From Octopus bimaculoides (Eukaryota): 56,581 nt of DNA. The notes under the pieces are model-generated. The model ran no database searches. It saw nothing but the letters and a program-made list of their open reading frames with translations, and had not been told where the DNA came from. Below, one piece after another: positions 11,993 through 25,920 of the stretch; the first letter of the stretch is position 1; each line of letters opens with the position of its first letter. A program made the translations under genes and the position numbers. Location of the stretch: assembly GCF_001194135.2 (NCBI RefSeq), contig NC_068987.1, positions 61,350,956 to 61,407,536 on the forward strand. Direction: 5' to 3'.

Positions 11993-12327
11993 GGGAAAAA
12001 GGTGCATAATCAAGTACCTGCACATCTAGAGAACAATGTTGCATGGAAACAATTGTAGTGATTAAAAAATAAATGTCCAACCCTACACCTTCTTGTTGAC
12101 CCTAATTTTCTCTGTCTATTCACACATGACAGATGCCCAAATGCAAACCTGGCAGTACATATAATGCTACCACTGGATAGCACAGGGTAAATCTGAAGGT
12201 GGACAAGCTTTATACTGTACTCTACTACGTTTTTAATAGAATATACCATAACTATATATAAATACATATATAATATATATGCATGTGCTGGGTGCTTTTG
12301 AAGGGTACTAGCATGACATGGCACTGG

Positions 12328-12524
12328 CAAATATAATGCTTATTCATTCATTGTTTTGAATTAATCATTCATTATCCTGTAGCTTCCCGATTTCGATTAT
12401 GTGATTGTTTAATTTTAGAAAGATATTGCAGGGTAGGTGTAAGAGGCTGGATCTGACCAGTTTGAATGAGCATAAAATAGGTGGAGTATTTGGGCCAGAA
12501 ATAGCCGGTTTAAATACTAAAGGG
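12328..12524. mobile_element. piggyBac-type MITE, one end missing
   Basis: Homologous to 2342-2562; ends aaatactaaaggg. Confidence 0.7.
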
Positions 12525-13934
12525 TGAAGGATCTAAGAACCTTTTAGAAGTTATAGGAGATTGTAATATTTTGTTACATATAGGATTGCATAAACAAGCG
12601 CACTCATTTACATCAGTACAGGTATGTGTGTGTGAGGGAGAGAGAGAGAAAGAGAGAAATTTTATCAAGCAGGGGCAGTATTTCAGTGCAGCTAATGTAG
12701 AAAAGGTTCTGATAGAGTACTGTTTGACTTTCCATAAAATCATGAAATATATTATTTACTTGACATTTATGGAGATAAGGATGCATTAAGATATTTGCTT
12801 ATTCCAGCCAATATAAATAAACTAATAACAGTAAATTATTTCACACTTTCATATGCAAATGTTCAAGAATACAATAATGCAATACAAGAAGAAGAAAAAC
12901 ATAAACAGATATTTGAACTCATTATTAAGGTTCTTCAAGCTGGACTGTAGTCTAAATAACAAGGACAGCAACCCATGTAGATTGCAATCCAAGTTATCAT
13001 AAATAATCTATAAATACCAATTCAAAAACAAAAAACAGTATAGAATAGAGAAATGTTTACCCTTAAAGTCAAGAAACAATAAGAGTAATGATTTTTAATT
13101 TTTTTATTTATTGTTATTAAAATCCTCCAAAAATATGAATATTTGCCATATTCACTCATTCTGATTGATAGCTAACTTCAACTATGTACTGCATCAGAAG
13201 TATTAATAGAGTTAACAACATTATCAATAAATTAAGATTGTAACCATAGAAATCTGCCCAACTTGCCAGATTTAAATATATATANNNNNNNNNNNNNNNN
13301 NNNNNNNNNNNNNNNNNNNNNNNNNNNNNNNNNNNNNNNNNNNNNNNATATATATATAAACAGAACAAGATGATACACGTGGGATGGAGAGTAGCTGAAG
13401 AGGTCACAGGAAGTGTGACAAAAGATTTAAGATAAAGGACACTAAGATAAGAACAATAATAAAGCTTAAGTGTGTGTGTGTGTTTATTTGGCAGAAAAAA
13501 AAAAAACGAAAGACCATTCCAAAATATAACAATATCTGTTTCAACACACAATTTCACACCAGGAATTTTGCAAAACAAATACATAAACATAACAGCATGA
13601 ACCTCGGCCATGATGATGATCATCATGATATATATGTATATAGATGTACATTTTTTTTACTGATATACTGAAATACAAAAACTACTCTCTTAATATTTCC
13701 TGAAATTAGATTTGCACAACCTGTAGCCTATGAAATTCTTCTGTTGCAACCCATGATGACTTTGAAGCCATGTGCTCTTATGAAAATTTTAAAATAAGAC
13801 GTCAAAATCAATAACTGAAATAAGGAAGGAACTATGTGCATACAAATGCAGAATTAAAATTCAAAATTGCAAAAAAAGAAAAAAATTCTTCAGCTTTTCA
13901 GAATTTAGAATGAAAATATATTGTAGACACTAGT

Positions 13935-14410
13935 AGCATTCCATGGCATCGTTATCCTCACCATTTTAGTGTGTACTTTTCTTTTCTGCATGGGTTAGAC
14001 AAGAGTACACTAGAGAAGAGTTTTCTACAGCTGGATGCCCTTCCTGACATTAATCCCTGCCTGTTTCTAAGTGAGATAATAATCTACCGGATTATTGAAC
14101 AACAAACTGTCCAGACACGATTCTGTGGAGAATCAGCCTAGAGATGCTTTCACAGTGGACTACAAGAAAACAACACATTCAATACTGTCAGCAAAGCCTT
14201 TGCTTACAACCAGCAAACACACACAAGACCGGGGAAAATACAAAGTGATTCATATACACACACATACATGGATTACTTTCTTCCATTTCTGTCTACCAGA
14301 TTCATTCACAAGGCTTTGATCAACCAGAGTCTATTGCAGAAAGCACTTGCCCAAGGTGCCATGCAGTGGGATTGAACCCAAAGCCACATGGTTGATATGA
14401 GAACTTCTTA
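13935..14410 (-). mobile_element. A2 repeat (13935-14170) followed by family B 5' half (14255-14410)
   Basis: ttctacagctggatgcccttcctg; gcacttgcccaaggtgccatgcagtgggattgaaccc. Confidence 0.75.
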
Positions 14411-14872
14411 ACCACATGACCATGCTTGTACCTATGACAGTTTGATATTCAATGAAAAGTAAAAATAGAAACTAAATTTCATAACTTATTGTTCTGAATT
14501 CTTTAAAAATATATAAATTTTCTTGCATCCTCTTAAAATACAACCTGCCAGCTTGGATTTGAATGAACTTCTAATAAATACAAATTGCAGCATTATTTAC
14601 ATGTGAACTTACAACTTTCCTTTCAGGTGTTCCAAATGATAGATGTTTAAACATCTGTTATTTATTTTCCCCATATGAGAGTTTTACTTCTATGAGCAAA
14701 GAAAGCAACATAAAAGATGAAGCACAGGTGCCATCATACAATCACTAAGTTCACTAAGTACTTTTACATCTGACACATTTATTTTTTCTTAAAACATACT
14801 TTTCTCAATGACATCTGCCTTTCTCTTTGTTGCCTTTCCAAAACACCTTCTTTGTCATATTCCTTTACATCC

Positions 14873-14875
<3 letters not shown>

Positions 14876-14941
<66 letters not shown>
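14876..14941. repeat. (CT)n microsatellite
   Basis: Visible directly. Confidence 0.97.
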
Positions 14942-14946
<5 letters not shown>

Positions 14947-16271
14947 CATTTATTTCATCCTTCAATCAACAGGTTATAATAGGCAGACTACTACAGTACA
15001 GAATCAGGCACAGATTTACCTAGTAATAGTTTGTTTTCTTTCCTTCGTTCTTGGTTGGAAAACACCCTGCATTAAACTCTCAGTCCTTTTAGATGAAGCT
15101 CTCTCCAGAATCAATCCATGAAGCCAGTTTCAGCTACAGGCAGGTTTTTTTTTTTTATTCAAAAGTTCTTTTATCTTAAATACATTTCTACAGCGCATGC
15201 ACCGAACTTATAACACTTTCAAAACCCTGATATACTTTTGTGTATAGAATATGCGTTGCCATCTTCCATACAACACACAAGTTTTAAAAACTTACAGAAT
15301 GATAAAGGAATATTAATGCATTATTTCTAATACTAGCATGGCTGTGCAGTTAAAAAGTTTGCTTCAAAATGAAGTTATTTGGATTTGACCTCACTGAGCA
15401 GCAGCAAGAGCAAATGTCTTCTGATGTAACCTGTGATAGGCCAATGCCTTATAAATAGAATTTGTAGAGGGAAGCTGTGCAGAAACCTAGAACCGTATGT
15501 GTCTGTGGACATGTGCATGTACATGTGTGTGTACATGCACACACTTGTATGTGTTTGTCCATTTGTACATGCCTGTGTATATGTTTATATCAGTCTAAAA
15601 CTCGGTGACCTGAATGTGTTTATGCTGTGGTCCTTTACATGTAACCAACCTCAGTCCAATAAAATAATTAAACAATAAAAACCAATATCAAAGGCACAGA
15701 AATACACAATGTTGCCAAGAGAGGAGACAGAAAGACTGTGATATTCAAAAATCACAAAACACTTTTGGGGAAAGAAAAGCACTAGAATCCAAGTAAATTT
15801 CTATATTTATCAGGAGGAGGGACTAACCTGAAACAGAATCCTCTTCTTTTCAAAAGCCACAAAGATCTATTTTTCTCATGATTAAATAATAGTCGTATAG
15901 TGCAACTTCTTTGATACATGAGTTACAGACGTTCTAGTCAATACACAAGATACTGCTAATACATAACTTAAATATATAAGTTATCGATGTTCCTATATTG
16001 ATACACAGCTCACTGATGTCCCATCATGTTATTTCTGTATTTAGCTGAGTTGATATTATTTAGAGAAGGTTTTCATCTACTGATATCCATGGGGCAGCTG
16101 ATGATGGATGTATGTTGGATTGTTGGTATGGCCTGTTTTTGTATATGTGGAATAGTATTATTGGATTGTTGGTATGGCTGTGGAATAGTATTATAACACA
16201 TCCTTTTGATATATACATATATATACACACACACTCAGTTGTCAATTGTGGAACACGACTGTCACTACATA

Positions 16272-17002
16272 CTGTAAAAACCCGTATATTTTGCACACCT
16301 GTGTAATTTACACAGGTGATTTTCAGGATAAAATTTGTTAAAAAACGCTTCTACTCATGAAAATTCACGCCCTAAAGTTTTCAGAATTGTCAATATGGCC
16401 AGGGGAAAAAGATTTTCAATTTAGTTGTATTTAGCATAATTTCACTTACTTATGATTAGATTTTATTAAATTTTCATTAAATAAAAATAATTTGTTTAAC
16501 AGGTGTCACATTAAAAGCTATTAAATTACGAAGTGTTTGCTCTGCTTACAATAAACGTTATTTTACATTTCTTGCCCACAAGAGATTATATCCGATCTTT
16601 AGCATGCTGCTGTATGTCTTCTCCAATCACGATAACAGGAAAAGTTGATAAGAATTATCAACAAAAACAAAGCTTATAAATATGCACAGGTGTTGCAAAT
16701 TAAGTTTAATTACCAATAAACATTAATGATTTTAGTAAATTTATACAGAAAAAGTAAGCATTATACCATCCAGCATAAATAAAAGTCAACTTCATTATAT
16801 TTAAGCCCGTATTTTTTCTGTAAAAACCTTTTCTCACATTAAATGAGTCAACTTCCAGTACGAATGTTTACATTTTGTGTGTCTTTTTTCAACAAAAAAG
16901 AAAATCCTAAAAAAAATTCTGGAAACAATCTACTCATGTAATTTACGCACCCCTAAAGTTTATTTTTATTTTAGTGAAAAAAAATTGCAAGGGTTTTTAT
17001 GG
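16272..17002. mobile_element. Non-autonomous Tc1/mariner-superfamily (pogo-like) element
   Basis: TA|ctgtaaaaaccc ... gggtttttatgg|TA terminal inverted repeats; internal direct repeat ctactcatg..aatt.acgc.cc.taaagttt near 16351 and 16931. Confidence 0.6.
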
Positions 17003-17142
17003 TAAACCTGATAATTGTGTAATACATGAAACTACTAATTTATTTCAACATTGTAAAATTGTAAAATAATAAAACATGAAAATCAAATTTAGTTGTAATT
17101 TCATTGATTAATATATTCTTCTATACACAATCATACAAACTT

Positions 17143-17144
<2 letters not shown>

Positions 17145-17216
<72 letters not shown>
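17145..17216. repeat. (TA)n microsatellite
   Basis: Visible directly. Confidence 0.97.
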
Positions 17217-17219
<3 letters not shown>

Positions 17220-17744
17220 TTAACAACAAAAGCAATATTAATACCGAGTGGTAATATTTATCCCCAATTAAATGTGGATGTTCTGTTAGAACAAACTATA
17301 CTGCAGTAGTTGCCATGAAAGAAACTAATATGGGATTTTGATGCAAAATGCACTCTTGCTTATATCGCTAGTGGGGAAACAAATCCTTGCTACCCCCAGT
17401 GCCAAGACCACAAGATCATGTTATTTCTATCTTCCTTGATCTTGTCAATGTTGGATGCTTGACCACTAGAGACAGCATCAATTCATATATACATATGCAT
17501 AATAGGTATCTGGTGCTATGTGTGAAACTTGTGACCTTCAATGCATCCCATAAAATGTCTTAAATGTCAACTTTGTTTAAAATATCTGAGATTTTTCATT
17601 CCCTTTCTTTTGCCTTGTTTTGCATCAACCTTTTCGACTTCATATAAGATATTGCTAAGTGAAATAATTGATACCTTTCTTAAACTCACAAAATATATGC
17701 TATGAGTGATAGAATGTGCAAGGATGTATTTTTCATCTTTTGAC

Positions 17745-18086
17745 TTTTACTTGTTTCAGTCATTAGACTGCAACCATGGTAGAGCACTGCCTTGAAAAAT
17801 TTTTAGTCGAATAAATCAGCCCCAGTACTCATTTGTTTTTTGTTTTTTTTAAGCCTTATTCGATCAGTCTCTTTTGCCACACTGCTAAGTTACAGGGACA
17901 TAAACACACCAACACCAGTTGTTGAGTGGCAAACTTCTTTCAATTTCCATCTACCAAATCTGTTCACAAGGCTTTGGTTAGCCTGAGGCTATAGTAGAAA
18001 ACACTTAGCCAAGATGCTACACAGTGGGACTGAACCTGGAACAATGTGGTTGGGAAGTAAGCTTCTTACCACAAATCCATGCCTCC
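17745..18086 (-). mobile_element. SINE family B, full length
   Basis: Same head and tail motifs as 9445-9826. Confidence 0.88.
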
Positions 18087-19011
18087 GCCTGATATGTACA
18101 CTTCAAATTAACATCTATCAGTACAATATTTTTTGGTCTAAAAATGTAGGGAAAGAAGAAAAATAAATCAGTTTGAGAAAAAAAAATAAAACAGTAATGC
18201 TGTAAAACTGATTCATCAATAAACTACTAATTATTTAGGACATTCAACTGTGATACTGAAATAACTTTTAGTTGTAAAAAAATTTCTTCAGGAAAGAAAG
18301 ATCATGAGGTGAGATTCATGTATCTATAATTTACAACAAAACCTAATGATATTCCTAAATGTAGTTGGTGATTATATAACTCTCTTCATGATAAACATAA
18401 TGATGAAATGATCATGTGCTACTCATTTGTTATTTGATGTGAATCTCAAACAGATCAAAGACAAGGGAAAAAAAATTCTGTAAATATTCAGAAGAGCTGC
18501 ATAATACTTAAAAGTTTTGAAAAATTTACCAGAAGAAATATTTGAATAAATGTAGATTTTGTTTTAAAATAAATAAAAAAAAAACTTGTGCAAAATTTAT
18601 GAACTACATATTTGTGTGTAATTTAATGTTCATATAAATCAACCATTTTAAAGTTCAAAGAAATATTCTTTAAAAAAATAAAAAATTGGTTAATATTAGT
18701 AAATGTATTCAGTGTTCTTTACAAGCATTTCCATTGTATAAATCTAATTTTTGTTAAATTAAAAATACAATACCCATAAGTGTCAGGTACCTTTTTACAG
18801 ACAAACTGCTAAAAATGGCATGTGTACATAACATCCAAAATAAACCAGTCCCATCAGAGAGGGTATAAACTCTTAAGCAAAAAACAACTTTTTTTAAATT
18901 TTAAATTTGAAGATAACAGTGCAAGTGTTCAGGAAATATGTCACTGAGAACTTTTACAGGCTGCTGACCTGGTTTTCATGAGAAACTGTTAAAGGAGCTG
19001 CAGTAAAATTT

Positions 19012-19183
19012 ACAAACTAGTCGTATCCAGTCCAAATATTCTGATTGCTTTATCATTAAATTGGCCAGCTCTGGTCCCCTCATGCCTATCCTACAATGTC
19101 ACTCTTGAAGCTAAGAGACAACAGATGATTAATTCAAAACAATGTGAATAAATGAGCATTACATTTGACAGAGTAAGGGGTTA
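19012..19183. mobile_element. piggyBac-type MITE, partial
   Basis: ttaattcaaaacaatgtgaataaatgagcattacatttgacagagtaa is shared with 1980-2030. Confidence 0.65.
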
Positions 19184-20960
19184 GATATCAATATGGTAAA
19201 GCCCAAAATGAAAGCCAATAACAGAAGGTATATTACCTCAGTAACCTTCAGAGAAAGTGGCCTTATTATGTTGGGAAAAAAGTGAATGGAAACTCAGACT
19301 GCGAAGCTGGTGTAAACAATGGATATAATAAAATTATAGTGGAATGTATAGCAGATTGAAGTGAAACCTAAATTACACAATATGTGCAAAAATAATTAGT
19401 AAGAAAGACAACTATGGAATGAAGCCTTTTTCAGTATTCATCCAAATGAGAGATGCAAAAGGTAGTTTTTGTGTGGGGAAAGCTGAAGAAAAGAACAGAA
19501 GCTATAGTAGCTGCTACTTATGGTGGTAGGACAGTGTTTTTCTTTGCAAAAAGTAAACTGTATGAAGTATAATACTATATGGTAGGACAAGGACACAGCA
19601 TTAATCTATAGAGGATACAGAATACATTGGATGTGTAACATTAACTCTTTGCCAGTCCTGTGTATCAAATGAAATACAATGGATATATTTCCCAGACGTC
19701 CATGCATCATATATAGTACACATTCTCAATTTTTTCAACCACCAGATTAACTTAGGACTAATGAAACAGAGCATATGAAGCAAGGGCTAATTAAAGGTCC
19801 GAAAATATGTACAGCAGTTTAAGACGAACTCATGAAAATACTCTGAGCAGGCAAACGGTTAATATGCAAAATATGCAATGTAGAGTGAGATGAGAAAGCA
19901 GCAGGACATTGCAAGTATCAGTCAATGTTTGTGAGAGAAATAACAGTATGATAGTAATGTAAATGGACACTGAATGTGGAGCGACAAGTGCTGTAAACCA
20001 ACACTGGAAGTTACTAGTTCCAGATGGAAACATGAGAAGTGATAGTCAGATAGTATAAACCTGGTCTCACAAACAAAGACAATAAAGGATTGAGTCAAGT
20101 AACAAGACACTGTACATCAGATTCATCTCACAAAAGCCATAATGAAAAATTTTTTAAAACTGTCAGTAAAAGATTGATGACAATGATAATGATGTTTGTT
20201 TTTGTTGTTGTTTGGTCAACTAACTGACCGAACAAAGAATACAACCAGCATTTCATTATTCATACAATTATTCTATTCTAAGATACAGATGGTCTTTAAT
20301 TTACAAGTCACGACAGAAGTGGTTTATGGAAATTTCGAGTAACATTTAAGAAGCTCCTTTATTACCTTATACATTCATTATTATGATTAGATTTAAAAGA
20401 ACAATATTTTATAAATACAAATCAATGAACAGATTCTTTTCAAAGTAAACAGGACCCTAAAATAATTTAAATATATTCTGTGGACAACTTCACTTTGGAA
20501 ATAGATATTTTTCTGTTACAATAGCAATGGGTGTCATTCAATAGAATGCAGCATAACAATGTTGCAAAATTAACCAGCAGGTGTTCAAATTGGACATCAA
20601 TCTCACCAGGCTGGATGGATTACGAAGGTCATAGGCCCGCCTTCTTTAATTTATATATATTTAAAAAAAACGGATACCCTTCCAACTTTGTTCAGTGTTT
20701 AATAGTTTGCACATGAACCAATTTATTCACTAATCAACTTCAGTTTTCTATTCCTCATTTTCTTTACTCAATTTAATCAGCATCCTTAGAGGTAGTGAAC
20801 ACAAACAAATAAGCATTTAATGAAGACGCCATAAGAATTTAGAAACTTCAAGAGAAAACATGAAATAATTCCTTTTTGGAACGATTAAACTTGAGCAAAT
20901 AAAACTGAGTAATAGTATCTTTTTTTATCCAAAGGATTTTAATCCAATATTTACATGCAA

Positions 20961-21385
20961 ACTCGTGGAAAAGGGGAACCCAGGAAGACATGGGACAAAA
21001 TACTGAAGGACAAGGAAAGGACAAAGGATCAAGATATCTGATGCACTGCTGTACTCAAGAAGACCCCATCCTCTACAGCAGAAGTGTTAATGCCGCTTCA
21101 CCTAATAAAGAGGATTGGCTCGCAAGAACCCTGTACTGGTGTCATGTGAAAAGCACTTAAGCCCGCACTACATAAGAGCACTCAAGCTAGTGCCATGTTA
21201 AAAACACCCAGCATACACTGTTAAGTGGTTGGCATTAGGAAGGGCATTCAGTTGTAGATACCAAGCCAAACTAAATTTGAAGCTGCTGCAGCTCTCCTGC
21301 TTGCCAGAGCTGGTCAATGTACCCAACCCATGCCAACATGGAAAACAGATGTTGAAGGATGATGATGATGATGATGATGATGACG
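20961..21385 (+). mobile_element. RTE LINE 3' end including ORF C-terminus, continuous with the family A tail
   Basis: TRGKGEPRKTWDKILKD resembles the RTE GRGRPRKTW motif; followed by caagaagaccc, the family A body and (GAT)n. Confidence 0.7.
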
Positions 21386-22519
21386 ATATTTTTAGCATTA
21401 TTTGCTTTGAGATTCTCCATTCCTAAAAGGAATTATTTCACATTCATCAAAGAGTCATTAATTTTCTTTCTTATCTGAAGTGTGTATGATACTATAAGAG
21501 CCTAAAAGAGCTCAAGCTTCTATTTACAACATATAGTACCAAAAAGTAAAGGGTAATTATCCAAAAGAAACATACACTTCCAACCATCCTGATTACTAAA
21601 GCTTAAATAACAGGTGACATGGTACTAATCCCAAAACCTGTCGAAAGATCAACATACAGATTAAGTTTAAAACCTGAACAAAGTTTTAAATCAAAGGAAG
21701 AATTAGTAAGAAATTTTGACTGAAATTAAATTGTTGATCGTTAAAAATCTCAAAATCTCCTCAACAGCAATGGGTGACTGGGCTTCTTTGATGTAAAAGA
21801 AAAGTAAGAATATATTGGTATGTAAAGAATGTCACTAATAAATACATTTTGGTTGTTAAAGAATTTCCAAATAAGCTGACGGTGAACAAACAGATGATGT
21901 ACAACATTCCTAAGACTGCAGTTGACTCAAGTTATAAAAATTGTTATTTTAGTGAATTATTTTTTTTTCTTTTATCGTTTTTCTTCTTTTTTTTTGTTTT
22001 ACATCTGTGGCAAAAATATAAGTAGCAAAATATCTAGATTATAATGCAATGAACAAATATAAGTATGTCAAGCAATAATCTAAATCATTTTAGTGTAAAT
22101 GGTTTTTTCCTTCTTTCCCTTCTCTTTCTCTCACTTCTATCTCATCCCCGAGAATCGCGCATTAATTGATTAACAATGAAAATATACATCATTAGTCATT
22201 GATAAAATTGTAAAATCTTGTTATTTTATATTTCACCATTCAGAAAAACATGAGAGGAAAGGAGGGTGAGGAAGTGGGAATATTAAAAATTAATAACATC
22301 ATTGAAAGATGTATAGAAGAAAACTTCAATGTTGAAGTTTACACAAAACTCAATCACACCAAATATTATACAAGAGTTTTGGAAACATCAAGCTAATGAT
22401 ACCGACAGTGTAAATTGTTTTATCAACAACAGTTCACCATCAGATAGTCATTGAAATTACACATGCCCACCACAGCCTCTCCAAATAATTAGTAATTCTA
22501 AATGTTTTGCTGTTATTGT

Positions 22520-22700
22520 TTATTTTTTGTTTCAGTCATTTGACTGTGGCCATGCTGGGGCGCCACCTTGAAGAATTTTTAGTCGAATAAATCAACCCTG
22601 TTATTTATTTATTTCAAGCCTGGTACTTTTGTCAAACTGCTAAGTTAAAGGGACATAAACACGCCAACACTGGTTGTCAAGCTGCAGTGAAGCACAAACA
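22520..22700 (-). mobile_element. SINE family B, 3' half
   Basis: ttgtttcagtcatttgactgtggccatgctggggcgccacc... Confidence 0.85.
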
Positions 22701-22738
22701 CAGATACAAAGATACACACACACACACATATATATACA

Positions 22739-22774
<36 letters not shown>

Positions 22775-23578
22775 CACATGGCTTAGTTTCTGGATAAGTG
22801 CAATTCCGACCCATACCATGACGCTCTGTCCTCCCCATGAGTCTCTCTCCACCACACAGCCATCGGCATGACATTAACCCCTTCTTCTCCAAACCCTAGC
22901 TCTGCCATCTGCCACAGAAATGCAATATCAACTTTCATCAGAGAAGACTACAGTCCCCCACTGCTGATATCGCCAGTTCTAATGTTTTTGAGCCCACTGC
23001 AGATGTGCCCATTGATGACGATCTGTGAGGATGGGGCCCCTAGCTGGACATCGAAAAGACAGACTGAAAGACCTCAGCTGACAGCAAACTGTCTCTGCAC
23101 AAATGGGTCTATGGTGAGCCCCTATGGTCTGCCTAGCTGATGCCATTGCCTTCCAGAACTGGTCCTGCAAGTGCTGTCGGTACAGGTGGTGATCTTGACA
23201 TGCCATTGTAACCCTCGGTCAGCCACTTCATGGACAATCATCCATGCTGTTTGTGACATTGTATCGTTCCTCAGCCACTCAATTGTCCAAATACTGCCGT
23301 TCAAGTCATTAGTAATGACCCATGGACATTGACCAGCATGGAGACATCTGATGGCTTGCTCCCTCTGATTTCGTGTCAGTTTTGGCATGCTTGCTGCATT
23401 CGGGAAGTAAATAACAGGCTGGTAAATTTAGGCGCTTTTTATACCCAATGAGTCAACGTTTAGCACGTGCATCATACTTTTCATAAAGATGCATTCATAA
23501 GCATGACCATGTTCACAAAAAGTGAGCAAGTTTGAACCCTACATGCAATCCTTGTGTTTTCAAAAGAGAGTGGTGTTG
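22775..23578 (-). mobile_element. Truncated Tc1-family transposon; transposase pseudogene about 23388->22790
   Basis: MPKLTRNQREQAI HTH start; QHLQDQF..A.ASARQTIGAHHRPICAETV; VVFSDES*YCISVADGRARVWRRRG; VERDSWGGQSVMVWVGI. Broken off at a CA repeat before the second catalytic D. Confidence 0.85.
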
Positions 23579-23729
23579 TAGGTCAGAGACATCTTCCTGA
23601 TGTCAAATTACCTAGAAATGTGATAAAAATCCATATAATCTCAATATCATGTGAAAGAAATTATCTTTTACAGTGTGATGTTTCTTTTGTAGTTCAGTAT
23701 ATATATACATACAGAGCCAATGACTAAGG

Positions 23730-23995
23730 CCTTTGGCATTAAGTCGTGTTTGAGAAGAAGACCCATTAAGCAGAGCAAAATCGTGGTCAGAGCAGACACC
23801 CGTGTCACGCAAATGGCACCTGTGCTGGTGGCACGTAAAAGCACCCATTACACATTTGGAGTGGTAGGCATTAGGAAGGGCATCCAGCCATAGAAAACCG
23901 TGCCAAATCAGACTGCTGCCTGGTGCATCCTTCCAGTGTGCCAGCCCAGTCAAACTGTCCAACCTATGCCAGGATAGACAACGGACGATGAAATA
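23730..23995 (+). mobile_element. Family A / RTE 3' end
   Basis: gtgtttgagaagaagaccc...ggtggcacgtaaaagcaccc...ggcattaggaagggcatccagcc. Confidence 0.8.
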
Positions 23996-24003
23996 TGCAT
24001 AAG

Positions 24004-24038
<35 letters not shown>

Positions 24039-24374
24039 NNNNNNNNNNNNNNNNNNNNNNNNNNNNNNNNNNNNNNNNNNNNNNNNNNNNNNNNNNNNNN
24101 NNNNNNNNNNNNNNNNNNNNNNNNNNNNNNNNNNNNNNNNNNNNNNNNNNNNNNNNNNNNNNNNNNNNNNNNNNNNNNNNNNNNNNNNNNNNNNNNNNNN
24201 NNNNNNNNNNNNNNNNNNNNNNNNNNNNNNNNNNNNNNNNNNNNNNNNNNNNNNNNNNNNNNNNNNNNNNNNNNNNNNNNNNNNNNNNNNNNNNNNNNNN
24301 NNNNNNNNNNNNNNNNNNNNNNNNNNNNNNNNNNNNNNNNNNNNNNNNNNNNNNNNNNNNNNNNNNNNNNNNNN

Positions 24375-24412
<38 letters not shown>

Positions 24413-25106
24413 GCGTGTGTGTGTGTGTGTGATTCTTAAGTGTTTCAGTAATCCCAAAAAGTATGTCTAAATTCTTAAAACCTTTCATGATTTGAATGCC
24501 TTTAACCAAAGATCTGTTTATTCAAGCAGGATCAACTGCGGAGAGTGGGGTTAAACAACAATGGATCATATTTAATAATCACAAATTACTACTGTAATCA
24601 CAAGTTCCTCCTCCTCCATTTCAGACGAATGATACATAAAGACACAATGTGGTATGTTACTTAGAGTATTAACAACCAAATATAGATATTTAAATGCACA
24701 CCCCAGCGAATGTAAATCAACAGAAGAATATCTATCATTCTGAGCCTATTTCACATTCTCTCGTGACAGGTGAAAATAGCCTGTTAGAACATTAATGAAG
24801 TAAGTCATATTCCTGTTGCTGTCTTAAACCTTTCCTCCAACCTTACTATCAACTGACCTAGATTGACTCAAGAAATGTCCTACACCCAAGAAGTTAGCTT
24901 GATATAAAATAAGTCAACAAATGTACAAGCTAAGAATACAGGCATATGAAGTAATATAACAATGTTTTTAGGAATAACAAAGAACTGATCGATATTACAC
25001 ACCTAACCTGCTTGTTCACTGAATAATGGACAAAAAGCTCAAGAAGTACCCTAACTAAACAATACATAAAACACACACACACACACACACATATATATAA
25101 GTGCCT

Positions 25107-25485
25107 GTATGGCTGCATGGTTTAGAATCTCACCTTGCAACCACATGGCATCAGGTTCAATTCCATTGCACAGCATCTTGGGCAAGTGTTTTCTACTATA
25201 GCCCTGGGACCAACCAATGCCTTGTAAGTGGATCTGGCAAACAGAAGCTGTGTGAAAGCCTGTCATAAGTGTATGTGTGTGTGTGTGTGTGTGTGGATTG
25301 TGTTGTGTTGTTTGTCTCTTGCCACTGCCTGACAACTGGTGTTGGTTTATGTCCGCATAACTTAGCAGTTCAGCAAAAGTGGCTGATAAAAAAGTGCCAA
25401 ACAGAAAATAAGTACTGGGGTCAGTCTGTTCAACTAAATCCTTCAAAGCAGAGCCCCAGCATGGCAGAAGTTCAATAACAGAAAT
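25107..25485 (+). mobile_element. SINE family B, full length, diverged
   Basis: Head, cttgggcaagtgt, internal (TG)n, cataacttagcagttc. Confidence 0.82.
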
Positions 25486-25659
25486 ATAAAAGAAGAAAAA
25501 AAAATGCATTATACATATGCACGTGTGTGTGTGTGTGTGTGTGTGTGAGGGGGGAGGGCGGGAGAGAGAGAGAGAATACAGATGATAAGCTTATCTCTAG
25601 CTATTGCTGTTTAACAAACAAAATGCATATAAGCATGTGCATGTTGTTTGAATAAAAGT

Positions 25660-25695
<36 letters not shown>

Positions 25696-25879
25696 GTTTT
25701 TTACCGAAAATTATAAATGATTTATGATTATATTTATGATTATAAATATTTATGATATTTATGATTATAAATGATTATAAATGTTTTTTACCGAAAAAGG
25801 TTTTTTCATACTGAGCTACCCGGCAAAATTGTTAATTATTAATTTTATTACTAATTGACGATTCCCTGCCCTGCATATC

Positions 25880-25920
<41 letters not shown>

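Noticed and set aside
17240-17700. Coding-like composition on minus
   Set aside because: All frames I tried contain stops and show no recognisable motif.
19200-20110. Purine-rich, repeat-free stretch that might be an old LINE (also the A/C-rich 33900-34560)
   Set aside because: No diagnostic RT or EN motif could be read.
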